Part shown: positions 8,564 to 18,645 of the stretch, one piece after another
Position numbering within the stretch: the stretch's first letter is position 1
How the letters are laid out: every line of letters begins with the position of its first letter
NCBI GenBank assembly: GCA_040290255.1
Contig: PSMU01000004.1
Span: 1 to 64,000, forward strand
Direction of reading: 5' to 3'
From: Nitrososphaerota archaeon
GTDB lineage: Archaea; Thermoproteota; Nitrososphaeria; PSMU01
DNA length: 64,000 nt
Program-made: the position numbers and the translations under genes
Notes under the pieces: model-generated
What the model saw: the letters and a program-made list of their open reading frames with translations, nothing else
What the model was told of the DNA's origin: nothing
Databases searched by the model: none

Positions 8564-9533
8564 GCGGGAGCTGGAGGGGCTGAGGGCGCTCATCAACTCC
8601 AGGCTGCTGGCCTACCTGCAGGGCGAGCCCGGCGAGCTCTACGAGGCGGCGCGCCACATCATGGCGGGAGGGGGCAAGAGGCTGCGGCCCATCCTCGCGC
8701 TCTGCCTCTACAGGCACCTCGGGGGCAGGGGCGACATATTGCCCGCCGCGCTCTGCCTCGAGTACCTTCACAACTTCACGCTCATCCACGATGACATCAT
8801 GGACAGGGATGAGGTGCGCCACAACCTGCCCACCACGCACGTAAAGTACGGCCTGCCGCTGGCGATCTTGGCGGGGGACCTGCTCTTCGCCAAGGCCTTC
8901 GAGCTGCTCGGCCAGCTCAGGGGCAGCGTCGAGGGCGAGGCGCTGCTGGAGGGGGCGAGCCTGCTGGCCCAGGCGATGGTGAGGCTCTGCGAGGGCCAGG
9001 CCCTGGACATGAGGCTGGGCGCCTCCACCAGGCCGCCGAGCGTGGAGCAGTACCTTAAGCTGATCGAGCTGAAGACGGCCACGCTGTATCAGGCCTCGGC
9101 CGCCCTGGGGGCCCTGCTGGCGGGCGCGCAGGGGAGCCGGCTGGCGGAGGCGAGGGCCTTCGGCGCGAACCTGGGCATGGCCTTTCAGATCACGGATGAC
9201 ATTCTCGGCCTCTTCGGCGAGGAGAGGGAGCTGGGCAAGCCCGTCGGAAATGACCTGAGGGAGGGAAAGAAGACGCTCCCGCTCCTGCTGGCCCTGGAGA
9301 GGGATGAGGAGCTGGCGCGCATCATCCGCAGGGCCTGGGCGCGAAGGCTGAGCGGCCAGGAGCTGGAGCGCGCCCTCAGGCTGCTCAGGGAGAGGGGCAT
9401 CGAGCGGGAGGCAAGGGCGCTGGCCGAGCAATACGCCGGCAGGGCAAAGGAGAGCCTCGCGCGGCTGGGCCCGGGGCCCTATGCCGAGCTTCTGGGCGCG
9501 CTGGCGGACTTCGTGGTGAAGAGGCGCTTCTAG
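8556..9533 (+). CDS. Geranylgeranyl diphosphate synthase (polyprenyl synthetase)
   Basis: GGKRLRP, LIHDDIMD, FQITDDIL, DLREGKKT. Confidence 0.93.
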   Translation: MAERELEGLRALINSRLLAYLQGEPGELYEAARHIMAGGGKRLRPILALCLYRHLGGRGDILPAALCLEYLHNFTLIHDDIMDRDEVRHNLPTTHVKYGLPLAILAGDLLFAKAFELLGQLRGSVEGEALLEGASLLAQAMVRLCEGQALDMRLGASTRPPSVEQYLKLIELKTATLYQASAALGALLAGAQGSRLAEARAFGANLGMAFQITDDILGLFGEERELGKPVGNDLREGKKTLPLLLALERDEELARIIRRAWARRLSGQELERALRLLRERGIEREARALAEQYAGRAKESLARLGPGPYAELLGALADFVVKRRF

Positions 9534-9534
9534 C

Positions 9535-11286
9535 GTGGAGGGAGGCGAGGAGCTAAGGCGCCTGATAAGGCTACATGCGCTCAGGAACGCCGCCAGGCAC
9601 GGCAGCGCCAGCGCCAGCGCGGTGATGGGCAAGCTCATGGCCGAGAGGCCGGAGCTGAGGCCCAGGGCCCGGGAGCTGCTGGCGCTGGTGGAGGAGGTGG
9701 TGCAAGAGGTGAACGCGATGCCCGAGGAGCAGAGGGGGCGGGAGCTCCTGGGGCTCGAGGGCCCCCCCAGGCCTCGGCGTGAGGAGCTGAGGCGCCTGCC
9801 GCCGCTGCCCGGGGCCGAGGCCGTGGCGCAGGTGGTCACGCGCTTCGCGCCCAACCCCGACTCCGTGCTTCACCTGGGCTCGGCGAGGGCCGTCGTGCTG
9901 AACAAGGCCTACGCGGAGATGTACGGGGGCAGGTTCCTGCTGCGCTTCGAGGACACGGACCCCCGCCTGAAGAGGGCGCGCGCGGACTTCTATGCCTACA
10001 TCCTGGAGGATCTGCGCTGGCTGGGCTGCGAGCCCGATGAGGTGTACTATCAGAGCGATAGGCTCGAGCTGTACTACGGGGTGGCCGAGGAGCTGCTGAG
10101 GAGGGGAGGGGCCTATGTATGCACCCATGGCGCGGAGGAGGCCAGGGCGCTGCTGCTGGCCGGGAAGGCCTGCGCCTGCAGGGACCTGGAGCCCTCCCTT
10201 CAGCTCGAGCGCTGGCAGGCGATGCTGGACGGCCGCTATGGCGAGGGCGAGGCGGTGGTGCGCGTGAAGACGGACCTGGCGCACCCCAACCCGGCCATCA
10301 GGGACTGGCCCGCGCTTCGCATCATAGACCCGCGCAGGCACCCCCATCCGCGCGTGGGCTCCAGGTATAGGGTCTGGCCGCTCTACAACTTCTCCGCGGG
10401 CTGCGATGACTGGCTGATGAAGGTCACGCACATCATAAGGGGCAAGGAGCACCTGACGAACATGGAGCGCCAGCTATATCTCTACAGGCACATGGGCTGG
10501 CGCTATCCCATCGCCCTTCACTACGGGAGGCTCATGCTCCAGGGGAGCACGCTGAGCAAGTCCCAGATCGAGAGGGGCGTGAGGGAGGGGAGGTATGAGG
10601 GCTACGAGGACCCCCGCCTGGCCACGCTGAGGGCCCTGAGGAGGAGGGGCTTCCTGCCGGAGGCCATAAGGGAGCTCATGCTCGAAGTGGGCGTTAAGCC
10701 CGTGGAGGCCAGGGTGAGCCTGGAGAAGCTCTGCGCGCTGCAGCGAAGGCTGGCGGACCCGCTCGCGAACCGCTACTTTGCGCTCGAGGAGCCCGTGGAG
10801 CTGAAGCTAAGGGGCGCTGAGGGCAGGCTGGAGGCCCAGCTGCGCCTTCACCCCTCGGACCCCTCCAGGGGGCTCAGGAGGCTCGTGGTGGAGCCGGAGC
10901 AGGGGCACCACCGCCTGCTGCTCGAGAGGAGGGATGCGGAGCTGCTGCTGGAGAAGGGCTATGCGAGGCTGATGGGCCTGCTGAACGTGGCCTCGCCCAG
11001 AAAGGTGCGCGAGGGGGTATATGAGGCCCGCGTGGCCGAGGGGGGCGTGGAGGAGGCGAGGGGGAGGGGCGCGCCCTTCCTGCACTGGCTCCCCCCCTCC
11101 CAGGCGAGGCCCATGAGCCTGCTCCGCCCCCTGGGGGAGGGGAGCTGGGCCTGGAGGGAGGGGCTGGTGGAGGAGCACCTGCTCCGGGAAAAGGAGGGCG
11201 CGCTGGTGCAGCTGGAGAGGCTCTGCTTCGCGAGGGTGGATGGGCTGGGCGAGGCGGCCCGGCTCTGCTATACCTGCGGGATATGA
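9535..11286 (+). CDS. gltX: Glutamyl-tRNA synthetase
   Basis: TRFAPNP, HLGS (HIGH-like), RFEDTDP, THIIRGKEH, LSKS. Confidence 0.96.
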   Translation: MEGGEELRRLIRLHALRNAARHGSASASAVMGKLMAERPELRPRARELLALVEEVVQEVNAMPEEQRGRELLGLEGPPRPRREELRRLPPLPGAEAVAQVVTRFAPNPDSVLHLGSARAVVLNKAYAEMYGGRFLLRFEDTDPRLKRARADFYAYILEDLRWLGCEPDEVYYQSDRLELYYGVAEELLRRGGAYVCTHGAEEARALLLAGKACACRDLEPSLQLERWQAMLDGRYGEGEAVVRVKTDLAHPNPAIRDWPALRIIDPRRHPHPRVGSRYRVWPLYNFSAGCDDWLMKVTHIIRGKEHLTNMERQLYLYRHMGWRYPIALHYGRLMLQGSTLSKSQIERGVREGRYEGYEDPRLATLRALRRRGFLPEAIRELMLEVGVKPVEARVSLEKLCALQRRLADPLANRYFALEEPVELKLRGAEGRLEAQLRLHPSDPSRGLRRLVVEPEQGHHRLLLERRDAELLLEKGYARLMGLLNVASPRKVREGVYEARVAEGGVEEARGRGAPFLHWLPPSQARPMSLLRPLGEGSWAWREGLVEEHLLREKEGALVQLERLCFARVDGLGEAARLCYTCGI

Positions 11287-12503
11287 GCGCGGAGCCGCTG
11301 AGGCCCTGGAGGGCGAACCTCTACCTGCCCAACTACGAGGGCCCCTGCCTCACGCAGGTCGGCAGGCTCATCCTGGGCTGCTTTGGGGCCCAGGTCTCGC
11401 TCCCCAAGGGCCTCACGGGCCTGCTGAGGAGGCTGAAGAGGGAGGAGAAGCTGCTGCTGGTGCTCGCGGATGGCCTGGGCTACGGGGCGCTGCAGGCGCT
11501 CTATGGCGAGGGGCTGCAGGGGCTGGACCGCCGGCCCTACATCTATAGGCTCTCCACCACCTTCCCCTCCACGACCGCCAGCGCGCTCGTGAGCCTCTAT
11601 ACCTCCGTGCCGCCCGAGGAGCACGGCATCGCCGGCTACCACATGTACATGAAGGAGGTGGGCGCCGTGGTGAACATGGTGGACTATTCGCCCGCCGTGG
11701 ACCATAGGCGGGATGTGCTGATGGAGGCCGGCTACAACCCCCGGCAGCTGGTGGGCCAGAGGACGCTCTTCGAGGCCCTGCGCGAGCTGGGCGTGAAGCC
11801 CTACGCGCTCGTGAGGCGCTCGCTGAAGGACTCCTCGCTCTCGCTCATCTGCTACTCCGGCGCCGACGTGCTCACCTTCGTCACGCTGCCGGAGGCGCTG
11901 GCCATGGCCGCGCAGCTGCTCAGGCAGAGCGAGGGGCCCACCTTCATCTCGCTCTACTGGGATGGCGTCGACGCGGTGGGGCATGTGCACGGGCCCCTGA
12001 GCGAGCCCCATGCGGCCGAAGTCAGGTACCTCTTCAGGGCCCTTCACGAGCTGGTGGCGGGCCAGGGAGGGGGCGTGCTGCTGACCTCCGACCACGGCAT
12101 GGTCAGGGTCGATGCGAAGGATAACGTGCCCCTCCTGCAGGACAGCGAGCTGATGCAGCTGCTGCTGATACCCCCCACGGGCGAGGCGAGGGCGCCCATC
12201 CTGCATGCGAGGAGGGGGAAGGAGGGGGAGCTGGGGAGGCTGCTGCGCAGGAAGTATTCTGAGGTGGCGCACGTGCTCGCCTCCACGGAGGCGCTCAGGC
12301 AGGGCTTCTTCGGCCTGGGAAGGCCCCGGCCGGGCTTCGAGGATAGGATAGGGACCTACCTGCTGGTCACCAAGGGGGCCAAGGCCTTCTACTTCAGGTA
12401 CAGGGGCAGGGAGCAGCAGCCGACGCTGCTGGGCCTGCATGGGGGGCTGAGCGAGCAGGAGCTGCTGGTGCCCCTGCTCTACTACCCCTCCGAAAAGGCT
12501 TAA
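11283..12503 (+). CDS. Alkaline phosphatase superfamily / nucleotide pyrophosphatase-like protein
   Basis: [35 protein letters not shown]. Confidence 0.85.
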   Translation: MSAEPLRPWRANLYLPNYEGPCLTQVGRLILGCFGAQVSLPKGLTGLLRRLKREEKLLLVLADGLGYGALQALYGEGLQGLDRRPYIYRLSTTFPSTTASALVSLYTSVPPEEHGIAGYHMYMKEVGAVVNMVDYSPAVDHRRDVLMEAGYNPRQLVGQRTLFEALRELGVKPYALVRRSLKDSSLSLICYSGADVLTFVTLPEALAMAAQLLRQSEGPTFISLYWDGVDAVGHVHGPLSEPHAAEVRYLFRALHELVAGQGGGVLLTSDHGMVRVDAKDNVPLLQDSELMQLLLIPPTGEARAPILHARRGKEGELGRLLRRKYSEVAHVLASTEALRQGFFGLGRPRPGFEDRIGTYLLVTKGAKAFYFRYRGREQQPTLLGLHGGLSEQELLVPLLYYPSEKA

Positions 12504-12532
12504 GAAGGCCTTAGGCCGCTGGCCCGCCAGCG

Positions 12533-12931
12533 ATGAGCCAGCCCGCGGCCAAGGGGAGCTCGAGGGGCAAGCCCTATTATGTGAAGTTCGAGACGCCCAG
12601 CGCGCTGGTCGAGGGCGCGCTGCAGGCCGTGCAGAGGGCCCTGGAGACGGGCAAGGTGAAGAGGGGCACCAACGAGGTGACGAAGGCCGTGGAGAGGGGC
12701 GTGGCGAAGCTCGTGCTGATCGCGGAGGACGTGGACCCGCCCGAGGTGGTCGCCCACCTGCCCATGCTCTGCGAGGAGAAGGCCGTGCCCTATCTCTACG
12801 TGCCCAGCAGGGCGGAGCTGGGCAAGGCCTCGGGCCTCGAGGTGCCCGCCGCCTCCGTCGCGATCCTGGATCCCGGCGAGGCAAAGCAGCTCGTGGAGCA
12901 GCTGGTGGCGAGCCTCAGGGCCGGCAAGTAG
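12533..12931 (+). CDS. rpl7ae: Ribosomal/K-turn-binding protein L7Ae
   Basis: [28 protein letters not shown]. Confidence 0.97.
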   Translation: MSQPAAKGSSRGKPYYVKFETPSALVEGALQAVQRALETGKVKRGTNEVTKAVERGVAKLVLIAEDVDPPEVVAHLPMLCEEKAVPYLYVPSRAELGKASGLEVPAASVAILDPGEAKQLVEQLVASLRAGK

Positions 12932-12936
12932 GGGCC

Positions 12937-13146
12937 ATGAGCGAGGAGAGGCCCACGCCCGCCGAAGTGATACAGATCGTGGGCAGGACGGGCGTGGCGG
13001 GCGAGGTGATACAGGTAAGGGTGAGGATCCTGGAGGGAAAGGATAAGGGGCGCGTGCTCACGAGGAACGTGAGGGGGCCGGTGAGGCTGGGCGACGTGCT
13101 GATGCTCAGGGAGACGGAGAGGGAGGCCCGTAAGCTGGGCAGGTAG
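12937..13146 (+). CDS. rps28e: 30S ribosomal protein S28e
   Basis: [32 protein letters not shown]. Confidence 0.97.
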   Translation: MSEERPTPAEVIQIVGRTGVAGEVIQVRVRILEGKDKGRVLTRNVRGPVRLGDVLMLRETEREARKLGR

Positions 13147-13148
13147 CC

Positions 13149-13331
13149 ATGGCGCTGAGGGGAGAGGCCGTGTGCAGCTTCTGCGGCAGGAAGGTGCTGC
13201 CGGGCACGGGGCTGCTCTTCGTCAGGAACGATGGCTCCTTCTACTGGTTCTGCTCCAGCAGGTGCAGGAAGAGCCAGCTCAAGCTTCACAGGGACCCGAG
13301 GCGCTGGAAGTGGGCCAGGAGGAGGGCATGA
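13149..13331 (+). CDS. rpl24e: 50S ribosomal protein L24e
   Basis: CSFCG..PGTG..FCSSRC. Confidence 0.96.
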   Translation: MALRGEAVCSFCGRKVLPGTGLLFVRNDGSFYWFCSSRCRKSQLKLHRDPRRWKWARRRA

Positions 13332-13747
13332 TGGAGCGCACGCTCTGCTTCATAAAGCCCGATGGCGTGAGGAGGGGGCTGGTGGGCCGCATCCTGCTGC
13401 GCTTTGAGGAGAGGGGCCTGGGGCTCGTGGCCCTGCGCCTGCTGACGCTGGACAGGAGGGGCGCGGAGGAGCTCTATGCGCCCCATAGGGGGAAGCCCTT
13501 CTTCGAGGAGCTCATCTCCTACGTCACCTCCGGGCCCATCGTGGCCTTCGTGCTGGAGGGGGAGGGCGCGGTGGAGGAGGCGCGCCGCCTCATAGGGGCC
13601 ACGGACCCTCAGCGCGCGGCTCCGGGAACGGTGAGGTGGGACTATGGCCTCTCCATCACGATGAACACGATCCACGCCTCGGACTCCAAGGAGAGCTATG
13701 AGAGGGAGTTGGCCGTGCTCTTCCCCGGCCTGGCCAGCAAACCATAA
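13328..13747 (+). CDS. ndk: Nucleoside diphosphate kinase
   Basis: ERTLCFIKPDGV, GATDP, NTIHASDS; ATG 13328 overlaps the rpl24e stop. Confidence 0.96.
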   Translation: MMERTLCFIKPDGVRRGLVGRILLRFEERGLGLVALRLLTLDRRGAEELYAPHRGKPFFEELISYVTSGPIVAFVLEGEGAVEEARRLIGATDPQRAAPGTVRWDYGLSITMNTIHASDSKESYERELAVLFPGLASKP

Positions 13748-13771
13748 GAGCGCAGCCCCCCAGCGCACCAC

Positions 13772-16021
13772 GTGGAGCGCCGGCTGAGGCAGCCCGTGGT
13801 GGTGGTGCTGGGGCATGTAGATGCGGGCAAGTGCGTGGGCCCCTCCACGCTCCTGCAGCTGGAGGAGGGGGAGCTGAGCGCGCGGGAGGCCTTCGAGGCC
13901 CAGCCGGGGCCCGAGTGGAGCGGGCCCGACTACAGGCTGAGGCCCGCAAGGGGCCTGAGGCTGCTCACCTACGATGCGAGCACGGACCGCTTCCTGTGGA
14001 GGCAGGCCAGCTTCGCCTGGAAGAGGAGCGCCGCGCGCCTGCTGAGGCTCACGTTCGACAACGGCGCGCGCCTGCTCGTCACGCCCGAGCACCCCTTTCT
14101 GGTCTCGCTGGGATCGCTGCGGCTCTACCTTCCCGCGGCCCTGCTGCGGGAGGGCATGGGCGTCATAGCCCATGGCGGGGGCGATGGGGCCAGCCGCGCG
14201 CACGTGGCGGCGGTGGAGCCCCTGCGGGGGTCGGGCTACGTCTATGACTTCACGGTGGAGGGCACGCAGTCCTTCTGCGCCGAGGGCCTGGTGCTGCACA
14301 ACACCTCGCTGCTGGACAGGATCAGGGGCACGGCCGTGCAGGCCAGGGAGGCAGGCGGCATTACCCAGCACATAGGCGCGAGCCTGATCCCCAGCTCCAC
14401 GCTCAGGGCGCTCTGTGGCCCCCTTCTGGAGAGGTTCAGGATAGAGGTGCTCATCCCGGGCCTGCTCTTCATCGACACGCCCGGGCACGAGGCCTTCTCG
14501 AACCTCAGGATGAGGGGGGGCTCGGCCGCGGACATAGCCGTGCTCGTGGTGGACGTGACGAAGGGCTTCGAGGCCCAGACGTATGAGAGCCTTGAGCTGC
14601 TCAGGCAGAGGAGGGTCCCCTTCCTGGTGGCGCTGAACAAGGTGGACCTGCTGCCCGGCTGGAGGCCCCGGCCCACGCTCTTCATCGGCGAGGCGCTGCG
14701 CGCGCAGGAGCCCTTCACGCAGAGGAGGCTGGAGGAGCGCCTGTATGAGGTCGTGGGCACGCTCTCAAGGCTGGGCCTGCAGGCCGAGGCCTTCTACAGG
14801 GTCAGGGACTTCACCAGGCAGGTGAGCATCGTGCCCGTGAGCGCCAGGACGGGCGAGGGGATCGGCGAGCTGCTGGCGCTGCTGCTGGGCCTGACCCAGC
14901 AGTATCTGAAGGAGAGGCTCACGCTCAGCGGCGAGAGGCCCAGGGGGCTGGTGCTGGAGGTGAGGGAGGAGGAGGGGCTGGGCCACACGGCGAACCTCAT
15001 CCTGCTGGATGGCCTGCTCAGGGTGGGGCAGAGGCTGGTGCTGGTGAAGAGGCAGGGGCCCGTGGTCACGAGGGTAAGGGGGCTCTTCATGCCCAAGCCC
15101 CTGGATGAGATGAGGGACCCCCGGGATAAGTTCACGCCCCTGGAGGCGGTCTCGGCGGCGGCCGGCGTGAAGCTGGCGGCGCCCGAGCTGGAGGGCGTGC
15201 TCGCCGGCTCTCCCTTCGAGGGCCTGGAGGAGGGCGAGGAGGCCCTGGGCGTGGGGAGCAGGCTGATGGAGGAGGTCAGGTCCGTGCTCATCGAGTCCGA
15301 GAGGCTGGGCGTGGTGGTGAAGGCCGATACGCTCGGCTCGCTGGAGGCGCTCTCCTCCATGCTCAGGGCGAGGGGCATACCCATAAGGCGCGCGGACCTG
15401 GGCCCCGTGAGCAGGAGGGATGTGGTCGAGGCCTCCGTCGTGAAGGAGAAGGACGAGTTCCTGGGCGTCGTGCTGGCCTTCAACGTGCGCGCCCTGAAGG
15501 AGGCGGAGGAGGAGCTGCAGGCCAGGCGCGTGAAGGCCTTCTTCGGCCAGGTGATCTACAGGTTGGTGGAGGAGTATGAGGCTTGGGCCCAGGAGGAGAG
15601 GGAGCGGCGCGCGAGGGAGGAGCTGCAGGCGCTCACGCAGCCCTGCAAGCTCAGGGTCCTGGAGGGGTTCATCTTCAGGCGCAACGACCCCGCCATCTTC
15701 GGCATAGAGGTGTTGCTGGGCAGGCTGAAGCCCAGGGACCGCCTGATGAGCGCGGAGGGCGAGGAGGTGGGCGAGGTGAGGCAGATAGAGGAGAGGGGCC
15801 GGCCGCTGCCCGAGGCGCTGAAGGGCATGAAGGTGGCCATATCGGCCAACGGCATCGTGATCGGCAGGAACGTGAAGGAGGGCGATGTGCTCTATACCCT
15901 CCCGCCCCCGGAGCACGTGAAGCTGCTCAGGGAGAAGTACTGGGAGAGGCTGGGCAACGATGAGAGGGAGCTGCTGGAGGAGATCCTGCGCGTGAGGAGG
16001 GCGGCGGGGCACTACGCCTAA
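13772..16021 (+). CDS. infB: Translation initiation factor aIF5B (IF-2), intein-containing
   Basis: GHVDAGK|TSLLD, GGITQHIGA, DTPGHEAF, NKVD. Confidence 0.96.
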   Translation: MERRLRQPVVVVLGHVDAGKCVGPSTLLQLEEGELSAREAFEAQPGPEWSGPDYRLRPARGLRLLTYDASTDRFLWRQASFAWKRSAARLLRLTFDNGARLLVTPEHPFLVSLGSLRLYLPAALLREGMGVIAHGGGDGASRAHVAAVEPLRGSGYVYDFTVEGTQSFCAEGLVLHNTSLLDRIRGTAVQAREAGGITQHIGASLIPSSTLRALCGPLLERFRIEVLIPGLLFIDTPGHEAFSNLRMRGGSAADIAVLVVDVTKGFEAQTYESLELLRQRRVPFLVALNKVDLLPGWRPRPTLFIGEALRAQEPFTQRRLEERLYEVVGTLSRLGLQAEAFYRVRDFTRQVSIVPVSARTGEGIGELLALLLGLTQQYLKERLTLSGERPRGLVLEVREEEGLGHTANLILLDGLLRVGQRLVLVKRQGPVVTRVRGLFMPKPLDEMRDPRDKFTPLEAVSAAAGVKLAAPELEGVLAGSPFEGLEEGEEALGVGSRLMEEVRSVLIESERLGVVVKADTLGSLEALSSMLRARGIPIRRADLGPVSRRDVVEASVVKEKDEFLGVVLAFNVRALKEAEEELQARRVKAFFGQVIYRLVEEYEAWAQEERERRAREELQALTQPCKLRVLEGFIFRRNDPAIFGIEVLLGRLKPRDRLMSAEGEEVGEVRQIEERGRPLPEALKGMKVAISANGIVIGRNVKEGDVLYTLPPPEHVKLLREKYWERLGNDERELLEEILRVRRAAGHYA
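13832..14302 (+). mobile_element. Mini-intein (157 aa) in the aIF5B P-loop
   Basis: Begins with Cys after GK, block B TPEHPF, block F VYDFTVEG, ends HN before Thr; no LAGLIDADG domain. Confidence 0.95.
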
Positions 16022-16052
16022 GCTTTAAACGAGGCCCCCAGGCGCCCCCTAC

Positions 16053-16436
16053 GTGGTCAGCTTCAAGCTGGTCGTCGCGGACCCGGAGACGGGCAGGTGC
16101 ACGCAGCTGGAGGTCAAGGAGCCCGCCGCCCGCGCGCTGCTGGGCCTGAAGATAGGCGATGAGCTGAGCGGCGAGCTGGTGGGCCTGAAGGGGCGCCTGC
16201 GCATCACGGGAGGGAGCGACGCCAGCGGGGCGCCCATGAGGCCCGACGTGCAGGGCCCGGGCCGGCGCTACGTGCTGCTCTCGGGCCCGCCCGGCTTCAG
16301 GCCCACGAGGGAGGGCGAGAGGAGGAGGAAGCTCGTGCACGGGAACACCATCAGCGAGGACATAGTGCAGATAAACGCGGTGCTCGTGAAGAAGGAGGGG
16401 AGAAGGCGTGAGGCTCGCGCTGCCCAGGCAGCCTGA
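16053..16436 (+). CDS. rps6e: 30S ribosomal protein S6e
   Basis: FKLVVADP, ITGGSDASGAPMRPDV, GERRRKLVHGN. Confidence 0.96.
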   Translation: MVSFKLVVADPETGRCTQLEVKEPAARALLGLKIGDELSGELVGLKGRLRITGGSDASGAPMRPDVQGPGRRYVLLSGPPGFRPTREGERRRKLVHGNTISEDIVQINAVLVKKEGRRREARAAQAA

Positions 16437-17637
16437 GTGCAACATAGGCACCGCGGGCCACGTGGACCACGGCAAGACCACGCTCGTGGAGGCCCTTACG
16501 GGCATATGGACGAGCCGCCACTCGGAGGAGCTGAGGAGGGGCATCACCATAAGGGTCGGCTATGCCGATGCGGCCATCTATTTCTGCGAGGGCTGCGAGC
16601 CGCCCGAGGCCTACAGCACCAGCCCGCGGTGCCCCGGCTGCGGGCGCGAGGCGCGCCTGCTCAGGGTCGTGAGCTTCGTCGACTGCCCGGGCCATGAAGC
16701 GCTCATGACGAACATGCTCTCGGGGGCCGCGGTGATGGATGGCGCGCTGCTGCTGATCGCGGCCAACGAGAAGGTGCCGCAGCCGCAGACCAGGGAGCAC
16801 CTCATGGCGCTCCAGATGCTGGGCATAGGCAGCATCGTCATCCTGCAGAACAAGGTGGACCTGGTCACGAAGGAGCAGGCGCTGGAGAACTACAGGGCGA
16901 TAAGGGAGTTCATCCGCGGAAGCGTGGCCGAGGGGGCGCCCATCATCCCCATCTCGGCCCAGCACAGGCTGAACGTGGATGCCGTGCTGCAGGCGATAGA
17001 GGAGAGGATCCCCACCCCTCCCCGCGACCCCCGCGCCAGGCCCCTCCTGCCCGTGCTGAGGAGCTTCGATGTGAACAGGCCGGGAACGCCCATATCGGAG
17101 CTCAGGGGCGGCGTGATCGGCGGGAGCCTGATGCAGGGCACCTTCAGGGCGGGCGATGAGATAGAGGTGAGGCCCGGCATCATCGAGGACGGCAGGGCGA
17201 CGCCGCTCTTCACCAAGGTGACCTCCATAGGCACGGGCGCGGGGCTGGTTGAGGAGGCCCGCCCGGGAGGGCTCATAGCCCTGGGCACGGCGCTCGACCC
17301 CAGCCTCACGAAGGCCGATAGGCTCGTGGGCTGCCTCGTGGGGCTCGTGAACGAGCTCCCCCCCGTGCTCACGAGGGCCGAGCTGGAGGTGTCGCTCTTC
17401 GAGGTGGCCGTGGGCGATCCCGAGCTCAGGAAGGTGCAGCCGCTGCAGAAGGGCGAGCTGCTGAGGCTGAACATAGGCACGGCCGCCGTGCCCGCGCTGC
17501 TGCGCCAGGTGGGAAAGGGGAAGGTGGAGGCGGAGCTCAAGAGGCCCGTCTGTGCCCCTCAGGGCGCGCGCGTGGCCGTGAGCAGAAGGATAGGCGAGAA
17601 GTGGAGGCTCATAGGCTCCGGGAGGCTCCTCGCCTAG
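16408..17637 (+). CDS. eif2g: Translation initiation factor aIF2 gamma subunit
   Basis: NIGTAGHVDHGKTT, zinc ribbon, DCPGHE, QNKVD, RSFDVNRPG. Confidence 0.97.
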   Translation: MRLALPRQPECNIGTAGHVDHGKTTLVEALTGIWTSRHSEELRRGITIRVGYADAAIYFCEGCEPPEAYSTSPRCPGCGREARLLRVVSFVDCPGHEALMTNMLSGAAVMDGALLLIAANEKVPQPQTREHLMALQMLGIGSIVILQNKVDLVTKEQALENYRAIREFIRGSVAEGAPIIPISAQHRLNVDAVLQAIEERIPTPPRDPRARPLLPVLRSFDVNRPGTPISELRGGVIGGSLMQGTFRAGDEIEVRPGIIEDGRATPLFTKVTSIGTGAGLVEEARPGGLIALGTALDPSLTKADRLVGCLVGLVNELPPVLTRAELEVSLFEVAVGDPELRKVQPLQKGELLRLNIGTAAVPALLRQVGKGKVEAELKRPVCAPQGARVAVSRRIGEKWRLIGSGRLLA

Positions 17638-18011
17638 GCTTTCTGGCCGACGCCAGCTTCCTGCTGCTGCTGGCGGAGGCGCCCCGCTCCTTCCTGGAGC
17701 AGCTCGAGGCCCTGCTCCCCGGCCTCAGGCTGCTGATCATAGAGCCCGTGCTCGAGGAGCTCAGGGCGCTGGAGGCCAGGGGGGGCAGGAGGGCGCTGCG
17801 CGCGAGGCTGGCCCTGAGCTTCGCCCAGGGCCTGCCCAGGATGGCCAGCGAGCCAGGAGAGGCCGATGAGGCGCTGCTGGCCACGGCGCGGCGCCTGAGG
17901 CTGGGCATCGCCTCGCTGGATGAGGGGCTCATCGCCAGGGCCAGGGCCCTCGGGCTGCCCGTGCTCAGGGCCAGGGCGGGCAGGCCCCTGCTGGAGGGCT
18001 TCCTGCCGTAA
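17601..18011 (+). CDS. PIN-domain protein (Fcf1/Utp24-like); start uncertain
   Basis: FLADASFL, VLEEL, ADEALL, IASLD; conserved position between eif2g and rpoE1. Confidence 0.75.
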   Translation: MEAHRLREAPRLGFLADASFLLLLAEAPRSFLEQLEALLPGLRLLIIEPVLEELRALEARGGRRALRARLALSFAQGLPRMASEPGEADEALLATARRLRLGIASLDEGLIARARALGLPVLRARAGRPLLEGFLP

Positions 18012-18059
18012 GCCTTAAAAATGGCTTAAATACCGAGCGAAGGCCTAGGCTGGCCCGCC

Positions 18060-18641
18060 ATGTTTTACTTGGTGGAGGCGGAGGATATCGTCAGGATCCC
18101 GCCCTCCTATTTCAGGGGCGACCTCGATACCATCGCGCTCGAGGTGCTGAAGGCAAAGTACGAGGGCGGCCTCACGCCCGAGGTGGGCTACGTGCTGCTG
18201 GTGAAGGAGGCCAGGGTGGAGAGGCAGGGCAAGATCGTGCCGGGCGATGGCGCCACCTACCATAGGGCGCAGGTGACGCTGCTGAGCTACCTCCCCGTGC
18301 TCAACGAGGTGGTGGAGGGCGAGGTGGTGGAAGTGGAGAAGTTCGGCGCGCTCATCAACGTGGGCCCGCTCGATGCCCTGCTGCACATCTCGCAGATCAC
18401 GGATGAGTTCGTCACCGTGGACGAGAGGCAGGGCGTGCTGCTGGCCAGCAAGTCCCAGCAGACGCTCGCCAGGGGCGATGGCGTGAGGGCCAGGGTGACC
18501 GCGGTGAGCCTGGGCAGGGGGATGAGCCTGGGCAAGGTCTCGCTCACCTGCAAGCAGCCCAGCCTGGGCCCGCTGAAGTGGATGAAGGCCCGGGCGGAGG
18601 CCAAGAGGGAGGTGAGGCCCGCGGCCAAGCCGGCCACATAG
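18060..18641 (+). CDS. rpoE1: RNA polymerase subunit Rpo7 (E')
   Basis: VRIPP, GKIVPGDGATYH, S1 domain DALLHISQI. Confidence 0.95.
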   Translation: MFYLVEAEDIVRIPPSYFRGDLDTIALEVLKAKYEGGLTPEVGYVLLVKEARVERQGKIVPGDGATYHRAQVTLLSYLPVLNEVVEGEVVEVEKFGALINVGPLDALLHISQITDEFVTVDERQGVLLASKSQQTLARGDGVRARVTAVSLGRGMSLGKVSLTCKQPSLGPLKWMKARAEAKREVRPAAKPAT

Positions 18642-18645
18642 CAGG

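Noticed and set aside
6248-8596. 782-aa antisense ORF (and similar long shadow ORFs such as 2452-3684, 11268-12884, 14765-16012, 23558-25018, 48209-49375)
   Set aside because: They mirror well-supported genes on the other strand, are rich in Q/H/P/A as expected for antisense reading of high-GC codons, and show no motifs
12505-12545. Autoregulatory K-turn in the rpl7ae leader
   Set aside because: A GCUGG/CCAGC hairpin followed by GAUGA is present, but the opposing GA needed for tandem G-A pairs is missing
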